NCBI GenBank assembly: GCA_963793425.1
Contig: CAWCAG010000009.1
Coordinates: 512,001 to 576,000, forward strand
Reading direction: 5' to 3'
DNA from: an uncultured cyanobacterium
GTDB taxonomy: Bacteria; Cyanobacteriota; Cyanobacteriia; Cyanobacteriales; CAWCAG01
Length of the DNA stretch: 64,000 nt
This document shows, piece after piece, positions 27,936-37,396 of the stretch. The translations under genes and the position numbers were made by a program. How positions within the stretch are numbered: the stretch's first letter is position 1; every line of letters begins with the position of its first letter. The notes beneath the pieces are model-generated. The model had not been told where the DNA came from, searched no databases, and saw only the letters and a program-made list of their open reading frames with translations.

Positions 27936-29196
27936 CTAACTCAGGCATCTTTTCGGTCATCTGAAATCGATAGGACATTCCGTAACCCGAACCTTCAAAG
28001 GGAATGCCCCCTGTACGATGAATAAAGCTTAAGAAAGTGAAACTAATCAATAGTTGCATCAGGGCGATCACAACTAATATTTTGATTTTGTTTTGGTAAA
28101 GTTTAGCTAGCCAAAGGTAAGGGTAGGGAAAAACTACAGCTATGTAGTAAGGGGGGACGTTAACTGCGGCTAAAGTAAATGCACCACCGACACCAAAACC
28201 AATTGCTTTGAGGTAAAAACTTAATTCAGACTTTTTGGGGCGGGAATAGTTTCTTGATTTGAACCAGCGATAAAAAGGATAAATACCAACCCCAACTAAA
28301 AATAAATGGGCGGGAATCATTAAATAAGTGGGGAAGCCAAAAATTAAAGGTTCACGGAGAAAGTCACTCCAAAAAAAGTCTTTGAGAGAATAACTTAAGT
28401 TAATTCCTAATGCTCCGGTTAACCATTGAATGTAAAATTTAGGTACGAGCAGTCCCAGGATAGAAGAACGAGAACCTTGTCTTTGGGGAAATACTTCCCA
28501 TAGCCAGAAAATAAAGGGAATGCTACCAATAATTGTTCCTAAAATCCATCCTTCCCAAGCAACTTTTTTGAGAGTATTTTTGTGGTAATCATGGTAAATT
28601 GTCCAGCAAAAAAGCCCCAATGTTAAGAAAAATCCCCCCATATGAATTTGCCCGCTTGATATGGCAGCTATTCCCCACAAAAAACTGCCCCAAAACTTCT
28701 TTCTAAACCAATGTCCCAGAAAAATTAGCAAGCAAAAAGGGGCCATGATATCCGGTATCCAAAGTTTCCGAGAAAGGACGATTGCTATAGGATTAACGCT
28801 GGCGATCGCTAACCCCCATAACCAAGGATTCCAGTTACTTTTAGGAATATTTTTAACAACAAAACCGAAAAAGAACCAAATGGGCAGGATATTTAATATT
28901 TGTACTCCTCTTACCATGGCCACAGGGTCTTTAGCAAATTTGGCAATGACAGCAAAACACCAAACTCCCATTCCAGGGTTAGGAATCCCAATCGAGCTTT
29001 GAATGCCTCCTACGGGGAGAGGTATAGCGCCCGCAGCAATTTGTTGGGCTTGCTGGAACATCCATTGTTCTTCCCACTTCCACTCCATATCCGCTGCCCA
29101 CAGTAAGCGAAGGATCGTTCCTGCAACGAGAAAGCTAATGACACCAATTAGTTGCAAATGAGGCTGCTTAGCCCTTGATACTGTCGGCAACACCAT
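27928..29196 (-). CDS. Polytopic membrane protein, probable GT-C (ArnT/GT39-like) glycosyltransferase
   Basis: N-terminal LR...EWKWEE loop, SRKLW motif and many TM helices. Confidence 0.6.
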   Translation of the reverse strand: MVLPTVSRAKQPHLQLIGVISFLVAGTILRLLWAADMEWKWEEQWMFQQAQQIAAGAIPLPVGGIQSSIGIPNPGMGVWCFAVIAKFAKDPVAMVRGVQILNILPIWFFFGFVVKNIPKSNWNPWLWGLAIASVNPIAIVLSRKLWIPDIMAPFCLLIFLGHWFRKKFWGSFLWGIAAISSGQIHMGGFFLTLGLFCWTIYHDYHKNTLKKVAWEGWILGTIIGSIPFIFWLWEVFPQRQGSRSSILGLLVPKFYIQWLTGALGINLSYSLKDFFWSDFLREPLIFGFPTYLMIPAHLFLVGVGIYPFYRWFKSRNYSRPKKSELSFYLKAIGFGVGGAFTLAAVNVPPYYIAVVFPYPYLWLAKLYQNKIKILVVIALMQLLISFTFLSFIHRTGGIPFEGSGYGMSYRFQMTEKMPELVN

Positions 29197-29265
29197 GAAC
29201 CTTTGCTAAGTTGAATTCCAGAAATCATAGCAAATTTGGTTCAATCTGTTTATTTTGAGGTACTG

Positions 29266-29308
29266 AAAACAAAAAGTTGGGTTCCCCTTTTTCAGTTAAC
29301 CCAACTTT
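29266..29308 (-). terminator. Intrinsic terminator of the sigma factor gene
   Basis: 11-bp stem AAAGTTGGGTT/AACCCAACTTT with a T tract on the minus strand. Confidence 0.65.
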
Positions 29309-29358
29309 GTATTTTGTATTTTGTATTTTGTATTTTGTATTTTGTATTTTGTATTTTG
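29306..29358. repeat. Heptamer tandem repeat (TTTGTAT) x~7.5
   Basis: Perfect array read directly. Confidence 0.95.
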
Positions 29359-29363
29359 AAGTT

Positions 29364-30254
29364 TTACACAGCTAATTCTTGAAGCTGGTAAGCATTCCTT
29401 CTCAACTTTCTCATGGCTTGGGCTTGAAGCTGACGTACTCTTTCCCTGCTAACACCACAGCGTTTGCCAACTTCTTTTAAAGTCATCTTTTTGCCGTTCT
29501 CTAAACCAAAACGTAAAGCGATGATTTCTCTTTGATTTTCTGGTAAAGTTTGTAATAAGTCTCTAACTTTAGACTGTAATTCCCTTTTGGCGACAATTTC
29601 TCCTGGAGAAGCAGAATCATCAGGTAGAAGCGCTTCTAACTCAGTTTGATTGTCTTCCTTCATTTTCATGTTTAAGCTACCAGGACGAGAAATACGGGCA
29701 GCTTGGCGAATAGAACGAAGCTTTTTGAGGGAAATATCCAAGCGAGAAGCAATCTCTTCTTCTGTAGGTCTTCTGCCTAATTCTTCGTTAAGTTCGCGGT
29801 TGGCTTTCTTAATTTTGTTAAGTTGTTCAGTAATATGAATTGGGAGGCGAATAGTACGTCCTTGATCAGCGATCGCCCTTGTCATTGCTTGGCGAATCCA
29901 CCAGTAGGCATAGGTAGAAAGTTTGTAACCTTTAGAAGGGTCAAATTTCTCGATACCCCTGATTAAGCCTAATGTTCCTTCTTGGATTAAGTCGAGTAGA
30001 GATAGACCTCGCTTTTGATACTTTTTAGCAATGGATACAACTAAGCGTAGGTTAGCCTTGACCATTTGGTTCTTAGCTTTGTTTCCTTGATAGATAATAC
30101 GCTTTTCTTCTTTGGTTAGGTCTTCTTTTTCCTGCAAAGGCAACATAGCCTTAACTTTTTGTGCCAGTTCGGTTTCTTCCTCTGCACTTAGTAAAGGGGT
30201 GCGGCCAATTTCTTGGAGATAGGCTTGCATGGTGTCGGGAATTGATTTACGCAT
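29364..30254 (-). CDS. Group-2 (RpoD-like) RNA polymerase sigma factor
   Basis: [41 protein letters not shown] and region-4 TLKEVG..SRERVRQ; no region 1.1. Confidence 0.93.
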   Translation of the reverse strand: MRKSIPDTMQAYLQEIGRTPLLSAEEETELAQKVKAMLPLQEKEDLTKEEKRIIYQGNKAKNQMVKANLRLVVSIAKKYQKRGLSLLDLIQEGTLGLIRGIEKFDPSKGYKLSTYAYWWIRQAMTRAIADQGRTIRLPIHITEQLNKIKKANRELNEELGRRPTEEEIASRLDISLKKLRSIRQAARISRPGSLNMKMKEDNQTELEALLPDDSASPGEIVAKRELQSKVRDLLQTLPENQREIIALRFGLENGKKMTLKEVGKRCGVSRERVRQLQAQAMRKLRRNAYQLQELAV

Positions 30255-30375
30255 AGATTGAGAGGCTTTCTGTTGTTGGGTTTACTAAGGAAATAGAAAA
30301 TTATGATTTGGTTTTAGGAATACTTACATGGAAGAAAAAGTCTTAATATTTTATATATGTACTAACAATATACTT

Positions 30376-30411
30376 ATTATAGCTTGACAGCCGTCAGATG
30401 TAAACTTACAT
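30376..30411 (-). promoter_or_regulatory. Sigma70-type promoter of the sigma gene with overlapping palindromes
   Basis: Minus strand TTTACA-17 nt-TATAAT; ATGTAA-N2-TTACAT palindrome over -35 and TGAC-N4-GTCA in the spacer. Confidence 0.6.
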
Positions 30412-30518
30412 GAAGTAGTAAGTGGGGAAATTTGTTTTTCTTGTAAAATAATCCCTAAGATAGAGAAAAGCTTGAGGAAAAGGGTAAATTGCTTTTTCTA
30501 TGGATAGTCTAGAAACAA

Positions 30519-30548
30519 TACAGAGACGCTTTTAAAAGCATCTCTATA
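30519..30548. repeat. Degenerate REP/SDR-like palindrome (AGAGACGCTTT-T-AAAAGCATCTCT)
   Basis: Hairpin related to the 51941-51967 element; lies 3' of the lyase gene. Confidence 0.5.
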
Positions 30549-30578
30549 ATCTCTACACCAAGACTTAAAATCAAGCTT

Positions 30579-31133
30579 TTAAGCAAGGCGAGTTTCTAGA
30601 TATTGACCGATGGTAATTTCTTCTCCGGCACGAGAAATAATTGTCTGTCTGGTGCGATACTTGTCACCAATGAGCTTAAGTTCTTCTTCAAATACAGAAC
30701 CCTTATACTCTGTTCTTAAAGTCATAGTGTGGGGATTAATAAACTTGAAACTTGCAGTAACAGGTTTGTTGGTTGCGAAGCCGCGATCGCGATACAAAAT
30801 GCTATCGGATATACCAAAGGTTGTTGAACCAACAGAAGGCTTACGACTTGTACCAGTGTAGCTACTTTCCCAAGTAACTTTACTTCCCCCCATCAACAGC
30901 TTCGCATCTTCAAGGTTATGCAGATTTGCTAGTTCCACAAGTTCTGAACTACCTTGTTCAAGGAATTGAACCTTAATCTTACTTATTACTTCTTGGGCTT
31001 CACCATTTTTCAATGTATAGTAGCGTCTTTGGGAATTCCACTCACCTTCAGAACGGCGGAAAAACTCTACTGCTAAAGCTTCAGCCGATATCCGAGCAAT
31101 TTTTGCAGGTGATTGCATAGGGTCAAACCTCAT
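30579..31133 (-). CDS. Phycobiliprotein lyase, CpcS/CpeS (S/U/V) family
   Basis: EFFRRSEGEWNSQRRYY, LYRDRGF, LRTEY..SVFEEE and RTRQTII motifs. Confidence 0.9.
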   Translation of the reverse strand: MRFDPMQSPAKIARISAEALAVEFFRRSEGEWNSQRRYYTLKNGEAQEVISKIKVQFLEQGSSELVELANLHNLEDAKLLMGGSKVTWESSYTGTSRKPSVGSTTFGISDSILYRDRGFATNKPVTASFKFINPHTMTLRTEYKGSVFEEELKLIGDKYRTRQTIISRAGEEITIGQYLETRLA

Positions 31134-31186
31134 TTAAAGTCAAGAGTGCATAATACCGACACTTTTGTCAGGTGATTGCTTTAAAA

Positions 31187-31208
31187 ATTAACATTTGTTA
31201 ATATTATA
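31187..31208 (-). promoter_or_regulatory. -10 box (TATAAT) plus perfect 7-2-7 palindrome ATTAACA-TT-TGTTAAT upstream of the lyase gene
   Basis: Read directly; the palindrome covers the expected transcription start. Confidence 0.45.
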
Positions 31209-31508
31209 GCCCTCTCCTTAAAGAATGACAATTTATAGGTAAATATCTTCTGAGTAGAAATAAAGCCACCTCGCTGTAAGAATTTCTCAAATTCTGGCAG
31301 ATTGTTATTTATTTTCTGTAAATATTGATACTGAACAATTTTTGCTGTTAATGATTTTCAACTTACAGACTAAACTTTTTAAGACTGCTGCTACTACTTA
31401 AAGCAGAAAGGCTTCAATTTCAGAAATCTCCCAGAACAGATATATAATTCTTGTTTTATCTACTAACTTTACTCCAGTAAATTAAATGCAGAAAGGCTTA
31501 GGCAATTT

Positions 31509-32984
31509 ATGTTAAGTGGGAAAAATAAACTGTTATTGCAAAAAATCTGGTTTAAACTCGCCCTGATAGGCATTTTGGGTTTTTCTCTTGGCTTGCGCTT
31601 CTGGAATCTAGGTAAATTTAATACTTTGGTTTTTGATGAGGTTTACTATCCAGTATTTGCCAACAACTATTTATTAGGTAATGAAGTTTATAATGCTCAC
31701 CCTCCCCTAAGTCAATATATTATTGCCGTGGGAATTTGGCTTGGTTCTCATCTTCCTTTCGGTCAGGAGACGACTAATACTTATTTAGGTTCTTTGCGAA
31801 CTACTTTTAGTTATCGTTGGTTGAATGCTTTGGCAGGGGCATTTCTGCCTCTAGTTATTGCGGCGATTGCCTATCAATTAACAAATCGTCGTCGCTATGC
31901 CCTCGTTGCTGCTTTTTTTGCTGCTTGCGATGGCTTATTCTTAGTGGAATCTCGCTTTGCTTTAAACAATATCTATCTTGTTCTTTTTGGTTTATTAGGG
32001 CAATTGTTCTTCCTCTTAGCTTTGAAAACAAGGAAGCATAAGCATTGGCTTAATTTAACTTTTTCTGGTATCTTCTTTGGTTTAGCAGCCGGGATAAAAT
32101 GGAATGGTTTAGGATTTCTACTAGGAATTTACTTACTTTGGTTAACAGCTTGGCTGATACGCTACTTTCAAATCAAGAAAGGCCGTCCCTATCCTTTGAA
32201 ATATTATTCTCGCAATTATCTTAATAGTAAAACTTTCTTTACTCCTCTACAAAATTTAACTCAAATTAACCTTTTAACTTTTGCTTGGTACTTAGCTATA
32301 ATCCCAGCTTTAACTTATCGTCTCAGTTGGGTTCCCCACTTAATTCTTAATCCAGAGCCTAACTTTTGGGAAATGCAAACAGAAATCATTTCTTTTCACC
32401 AAAAAGTTGGTAGCGGAACGGATGTTCATCCTTATTGTTCTCGTTGGTATACCTGGATTTTAATGTTACGTCCCGTTGCTTATTTTTATCATACTGCTCG
32501 TAACAAAACTGATACAGTACCCATCCATCCTCCTTTGCCTGCTGGCACAGGGAAATTTGTTTATGATATTCATGCGATGGGAAATCCTATTTTATGGTGG
32601 TTATCTTCTGCGGCAATTTTATTATTAATCTTAGCTTTGATTTTACGTTTTTTCCAAGAGGGAATTAGCCGCTATACTTCAACTCCTCAAACTTGGTTGG
32701 CACTCTATTTAGCTTTTAATTACGGCGCTAACTTATTACCTTGGGTTAAAGTTTCTCGCTGCACTTTTATCTACCATTATATGGCAGCTTCTGTTTTTGC
32801 CCAACTTGTTTTAGCTTGGTTAATAGATCGTTGGTTAAGCAGTGGTTTATATGGCCGTAGATATGCCGGAATAGGAGTGATTTTTTTTGTTCTAATTGCC
32901 TTTTATTTCTGGCTGCCTATTTATCTTGGTTTACCCCTATCTCCTGAAAGTTTTAAACTAAGAATGTGGTTTAATTGGCTTTAA
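31509..32984 (+). CDS. Protein O-mannosyltransferase-like (PMT/GT39) lipid-carrier glycosyltransferase
   Basis: LVFDEVYY, HPPL, VESRFALNN, KWNG, HPYCSRW, MGNP and FIYHYM motifs. Confidence 0.9.
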   Translation: MLSGKNKLLLQKIWFKLALIGILGFSLGLRFWNLGKFNTLVFDEVYYPVFANNYLLGNEVYNAHPPLSQYIIAVGIWLGSHLPFGQETTNTYLGSLRTTFSYRWLNALAGAFLPLVIAAIAYQLTNRRRYALVAAFFAACDGLFLVESRFALNNIYLVLFGLLGQLFFLLALKTRKHKHWLNLTFSGIFFGLAAGIKWNGLGFLLGIYLLWLTAWLIRYFQIKKGRPYPLKYYSRNYLNSKTFFTPLQNLTQINLLTFAWYLAIIPALTYRLSWVPHLILNPEPNFWEMQTEIISFHQKVGSGTDVHPYCSRWYTWILMLRPVAYFYHTARNKTDTVPIHPPLPAGTGKFVYDIHAMGNPILWWLSSAAILLLILALILRFFQEGISRYTSTPQTWLALYLAFNYGANLLPWVKVSRCTFIYHYMAASVFAQLVLAWLIDRWLSSGLYGRRYAGIGVIFFVLIAFYFWLPIYLGLPLSPESFKLRMWFNWL

Positions 32985-33001
32985 CAAAATACAAAACAGA
33001 A

Positions 33002-34963
33002 ATGATCAACGATAAGTGGGATAAGCAAGAATGGTTAGTTACAAATGGCATCGGCGGTTATGCTTCGGGGACAGTTACAGGAGAACTTACCCGTAGATAT
33101 CATGGTCTTTTGGTAGCTGCTTTGCAACCTCCTTTAGGGCGGACGCTTTTGCTTAGTAAATTAGATGAAACTGTTAATTATCAGCAACAAGACTATCCTC
33201 TTTTTACTAACTGTTGGTTAGGAGGAATTAAACATCCTCACGGCGATCGCAACCTGAAGGATTTTCATCAGGAAGGAACAACTCCTGTTTGGACATTTAG
33301 TTGCGGTGATGCTGTTATAGAAAAGCGGATTTGGATGGAATTATCAGCTAATACAACTTATGTTCAGTATCAATTTCATCAGGGTAAGGAAGCTTTATCT
33401 TTATCCTTAAAAGCGTTAGTTAACTATCGCGATTATCACGGCGATACCCACAATAATAATAATTGGGAAATGGCTATTACAGCAGTAGAAAGAGGAGTTT
33501 GTTTAACTGCTTTTCCTGATGCCATACCGTTTTACCTTTTAACAGATCGGGGAAAGATAGAAATTCACCATGATTGGTACAAAGACTTTTACTTAAGCCT
33601 GGAAAACTATCGCGGCTTGGGTGATCACGAAGATCATCTCCACGCTGCAACCTTTAATGTACAACTTAACCCCGGAGAATCTTTTACCTTCATTGCTACT
33701 AGCGAATATCAACCCAATTTTGATAGTCAAGCTGCCTTGGTTAACCGTCGTCGTTATGAACAAAATCTGCTTGATATTTGGCACTCTGCATCTTACCTTA
33801 ACACCTCAAATACACCGCCCTGGTTAGAACATCTTGTTCTCGCCGCAGATCAATTTATTGTTGGGCGTAATTCAGAAGCTGAACCAGAGGGTAAAACTAT
33901 TATTGCGGGATATCATTGGTTTAGTGATTGGGGTAGAGATACCGCCATAAGTCTACCAGGATTAACTATTGCTACAGGTCGTTTTGATGTTGCTAAAACT
34001 ATTTTACGCACCTTTAGCCACTATTTAGATCAGGGGATGCTACCCAATGTTTTTCCTGATGGGGGCAATGAACCCCATTACAATACTGTAGACGCGATTT
34101 TCTGGTACTTTGAAGCGGTTCGGGCTTATTATGAAGCAACAGCAGATGACTCTTTTCTCGCAGAAATTTTTCCCGCTTTAGCAGAAGTGGTTGACTGGCA
34201 TCGTCGCGGTACTCGCTACAACATTCACCTCGACTCTCAAGACGGTTTGATTTATGCCGGAGAAGCAGGAGTACAGTTGACTTGGATGGATGCTAAGGTG
34301 GGAGATTGGGTAGTTACTCCCCGCGTTGGTAAGCCTGTAGAAATTAATGCTTTGTGGTACAACGCTTTAATAATTATGGGGGAATTTGCTCAGAAGTTAG
34401 GTAAATCGTCTCAGGAATATGAAAAGATGGCAGGTAAAGCGAGACAAGGTTTTCAACGCTTTTGGGCGGAATCTTTAGGTTATTGCTATGACTTGTTAGA
34501 TACTCCAGACGGTAATGATTCTTCCTTACGCCCTAACCAGATTTTTGCTGTATCCTTACCCGTAACCGGACAACCCTTATTAAAAATAGCACAGCAAAAG
34601 AGGGTCGTTGATCAAGTAAGAGAACAACTACTTACTCCCTATGGTTTGCGATCGCTATCTCCTTTGCATCCGCAATATCAAGGCAGATACGGAGGTGATC
34701 AATATCAAAGAGATAGTGCTTATCACCAAGGTACTGCCTGGGCTTGGTTAATAGGACATTTTATTCAGGCACATTTAAAAGTGTATAGTAATTCAACTCA
34801 AGCCCAGCAATTCTTGAAACCAATAGCAGAACATTTATTGATAGCAGGTAGGGGAACTATCAGTGAAATTTTCGACGGTGATTCTCTCTATACTCCGCGA
34901 GGTTGCATCGCCCAAGCTTGGAGTGTGGCAGAAGTTTTGAGAGTTTGGCAGATGATAGTTTAG
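33002..34963 (+). CDS. Amylo-alpha-1,6-glucosidase (glycogen debranching enzyme)
   Basis: EWLVTNGIGGYA, IAGYHWFSDWGRD, LTWMDAK, GKPVEINALWY, RPNQ, AYHQGTAW and QAWS motifs. Confidence 0.93.
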   Translation: MINDKWDKQEWLVTNGIGGYASGTVTGELTRRYHGLLVAALQPPLGRTLLLSKLDETVNYQQQDYPLFTNCWLGGIKHPHGDRNLKDFHQEGTTPVWTFSCGDAVIEKRIWMELSANTTYVQYQFHQGKEALSLSLKALVNYRDYHGDTHNNNNWEMAITAVERGVCLTAFPDAIPFYLLTDRGKIEIHHDWYKDFYLSLENYRGLGDHEDHLHAATFNVQLNPGESFTFIATSEYQPNFDSQAALVNRRRYEQNLLDIWHSASYLNTSNTPPWLEHLVLAADQFIVGRNSEAEPEGKTIIAGYHWFSDWGRDTAISLPGLTIATGRFDVAKTILRTFSHYLDQGMLPNVFPDGGNEPHYNTVDAIFWYFEAVRAYYEATADDSFLAEIFPALAEVVDWHRRGTRYNIHLDSQDGLIYAGEAGVQLTWMDAKVGDWVVTPRVGKPVEINALWYNALIIMGEFAQKLGKSSQEYEKMAGKARQGFQRFWAESLGYCYDLLDTPDGNDSSLRPNQIFAVSLPVTGQPLLKIAQQKRVVDQVREQLLTPYGLRSLSPLHPQYQGRYGGDQYQRDSAYHQGTAWAWLIGHFIQAHLKVYSNSTQAQQFLKPIAEHLLIAGRGTISEIFDGDSLYTPRGCIAQAWSVAEVLRVWQMIV

Positions 34964-35007
34964 TCTGCGATTAGAATCTCATATATAAAAAATAAAGGCA
35001 ATTTGTT

Positions 35008-35943
35008 TTGAAAATAATTGGTCAACCTCAAGCTATTGAATTACTAACTAGTGCTATAGAACAAAATCGCCTTGCCCCAGCTTATTTATTTGCTGGTTAT
35101 CCTGGTATAGGTAAAAGTTTAATGGCTCAATATTTTATTGAATTTTTATTTTGTCATCAAATACCAATAGAAAAACATCCTAACATAAAAAAAAAGCTCC
35201 TTAAAGGCAATCATCCTGACTTACTTTGGGTGCAACCTACCTATCAACATCAAGGTAAATTACTAACAGCAAAAGAAGCCACAGAAATTGGTTTAAAAAA
35301 GAAAGCACCACCGCAAATCCGTACTGAACAAATTCGGGAAATAACTAGATTTCTCAGTCGCCCTCCTTTAGAAGCTTCTCGTTCTATTGTCGTAATTGAA
35401 GATGCCCAAACTATGGCAGAATCTCCTGCTAATGCTTTATTAAAAACCTTAGAAGAACCAGGTAAAGCGAGCTTGATTTTAATTGCCCCCAATGCAGATT
35501 CTTTGTTGCCAACCTTAGTTTCTCGCTGTCAGCGTATTCCTTTTTATCGTCTTGCTGTGAAGGAAATGGAACAAGTCTTACAAAGCTTAGGGAGAACCGA
35601 CATTTTGTCAGAACAAACTATACTGGCAATTGCCCAAGGTAGTCCCGGAGAGGCTATTTATGCTTGGGAACAATTACAAACTATTCCTGAAGAGTTGCTA
35701 ACTAAATTACAGCAAATTCCTAACCATCCAGTTGCAGCTTTGGGCTTAGCTAAAGAAATTGTTGATAACTTAGAAACGGAAACTCAATTATGGTTAATTA
35801 ATTATCTTCAATATATTTATTGGGAACAAAAGCGACAAGCCAATATTTTACAAAAACTGGAAGACACTCGTAAATTTATCCTTAGTTACGTTCAGCCTCG
35901 TTTAGTTTGGGAAGTAATGTTTTTGTCATTTGTTGATTGCTAA
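35008..35943 (+). CDS. holB: DNA polymerase III subunit delta'
   Basis: APAYLFAG.PGIGK, NHPDLLWV, ANALLKTLEEP and LLPTLVSRCQ motifs. Confidence 0.92.
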   Translation: MKIIGQPQAIELLTSAIEQNRLAPAYLFAGYPGIGKSLMAQYFIEFLFCHQIPIEKHPNIKKKLLKGNHPDLLWVQPTYQHQGKLLTAKEATEIGLKKKAPPQIRTEQIREITRFLSRPPLEASRSIVVIEDAQTMAESPANALLKTLEEPGKASLILIAPNADSLLPTLVSRCQRIPFYRLAVKEMEQVLQSLGRTDILSEQTILAIAQGSPGEAIYAWEQLQTIPEELLTKLQQIPNHPVAALGLAKEIVDNLETETQLWLINYLQYIYWEQKRQANILQKLEDTRKFILSYVQPRLVWEVMFLSFVDC

Positions 35944-36006
35944 TGGCTAGTAGAAGCTTGGAAATATGGAAATAGACTGAATATTTACCTCATGAATCTG
36001 AGAATT
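35939..36006. mobile_element. Inverted partial copy of the 11716-11830 MITE-like element
   Basis: 16-nt exact match AATATGGAAATAGACT plus a 17/19 match TACCTCATGAATCTGAGAA to the reverse complement of the first copy. Confidence 0.6.
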
Positions 36007-36129
36007 AGTGAAACAATTGGTTTAAATAAAGAGTTGTGATCGCTCATTTTTGTGCAGTTGCTTTAGCTTTCCTTAATATCAAGTTAAATCTTCAACTGTG
36101 AGCGCATTTATTCTGTATCCTTAATTAAC

Positions 36130-36738
36130 TTAATGTAAATCTTGCTGCCAAATCCCAATGTAGAGGCGATCACGTTTTTCCCAATGCACAATCCCTTCTA
36201 AAGTATTGAGGTTAAAGTAATATTGAGAATTTTTATCCTGCCAAACTTGTCTCAAACCTTGCTTAATTTCTTCATTAAGCTGGCAACCTAACATACTATT
36301 CAAAGTTGCTAAAACCGTCTTGAATTTAACTGAATTAGCAAAAGCAGCTTCAGTTTGTCGCAGAACTTTTGATTCCTTATCAAAAAGAAAACCTAAACTA
36401 ACGCGATTAGGAATTAAATCATAGCTCACAGCAATAGTATCTTGCCAGTAACCAGGAAGTATTTCTGCCGGAGTGCCAAACATTTGTAGAACTTGCTGTT
36501 TTTTGATACCTGGTTTAAAACCTGGTATTCCTATACCTACAGGAACTTCTTGACAAAAATTTTCGTAAATTTCTTCTTCTGTAGGTAAATAAGGTAAAGG
36601 TTTGTTATTTCTCGCTTTAATCAAGACTACTTCTGGTGCTAAAGCAGGTTGATTGAAAGGAGTTGAAAACAAATTTAGACGTGATGATAGTAATTCAGCT
36701 AGCTGTAAATTAGTTAAAGCAATAATAAGAAAGAACAT
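36130..36738 (-). CDS. Exported hypothetical protein resembling the C-terminal domain of cyanobacterial Ser/Thr kinases
   Basis: Hydrophobic N-terminus; IPGF..G, GYW, LGFLFD...LRQTEAAF and C-terminal DRLYIGIWQQDLH. Confidence 0.6.
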   Translation of the reverse strand: MFFLIIALTNLQLAELLSSRLNLFSTPFNQPALAPEVVLIKARNNKPLPYLPTEEEIYENFCQEVPVGIGIPGFKPGIKKQQVLQMFGTPAEILPGYWQDTIAVSYDLIPNRVSLGFLFDKESKVLRQTEAAFANSVKFKTVLATLNSMLGCQLNEEIKQGLRQVWQDKNSQYYFNLNTLEGIVHWEKRDRLYIGIWQQDLH

Positions 36739-36980
36739 AGATAAACCTGGTTTGATTTATAAAGTTGAGCAATAAGTTATTAAACAATAGTGTCGTGGGT
36801 TTAACTAAATTATTGATAGAAGGCTACTTTATACTAGACAACTATTTTGCTAAACAGTTTCCCTAAAAGGAAGATTATCTTCATTTTGTGCTGCAATCTT
36901 TAAGTTATAGTCATTTTAAATAAGGATGAAACACTTTTTCGTTCAAACGCTCTTTCAAAGAGAGAAAATCTTGTCTCAAT

Positions 36981-37322
36981 CTAAATTGAAATGACTATAG
37001 TGATCGTTTTCACTTCTTCTTCCATTTGCTTTTTACCAAGAAACTTGAGATCATATTGGGCATTATGAAAAACTTTATTAATCTCTGGGTTCAACATAAC
37101 TTTATCCCTAAATTCACTAACTAAATCTGGATAGACTAAAACATCCAAAATAGTTACTTGATCGCCTCGCCGATCTGTAGCATCAGCTAAGATTTGAATT
37201 AGAGATAATCGAGGCTTTTTCGTGCGGAAATCAGCAACTTCTGTATCTAACCAGAGGATTTTAGCTTGAGTATATTGAACAATTGCTGCCCTAATCTCTA
37301 ATTCTCTACTTAGGTAAGGCAT
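36981..37322 (-). pseudogene. Truncated RNase D-like 3'-5' exonuclease (DEDDy)
   Basis: ExoI WLDTE and ExoII KVFHNAQYDL are present; ExoIII is absent; only 113 aa. Confidence 0.75.
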
Positions 37323-37396
37323 TGGTGAATAAGTAATAAATAATAAGTAATAAGTTGATATAACCTTATCATTTACAAGTACCTATTACCTCAACT

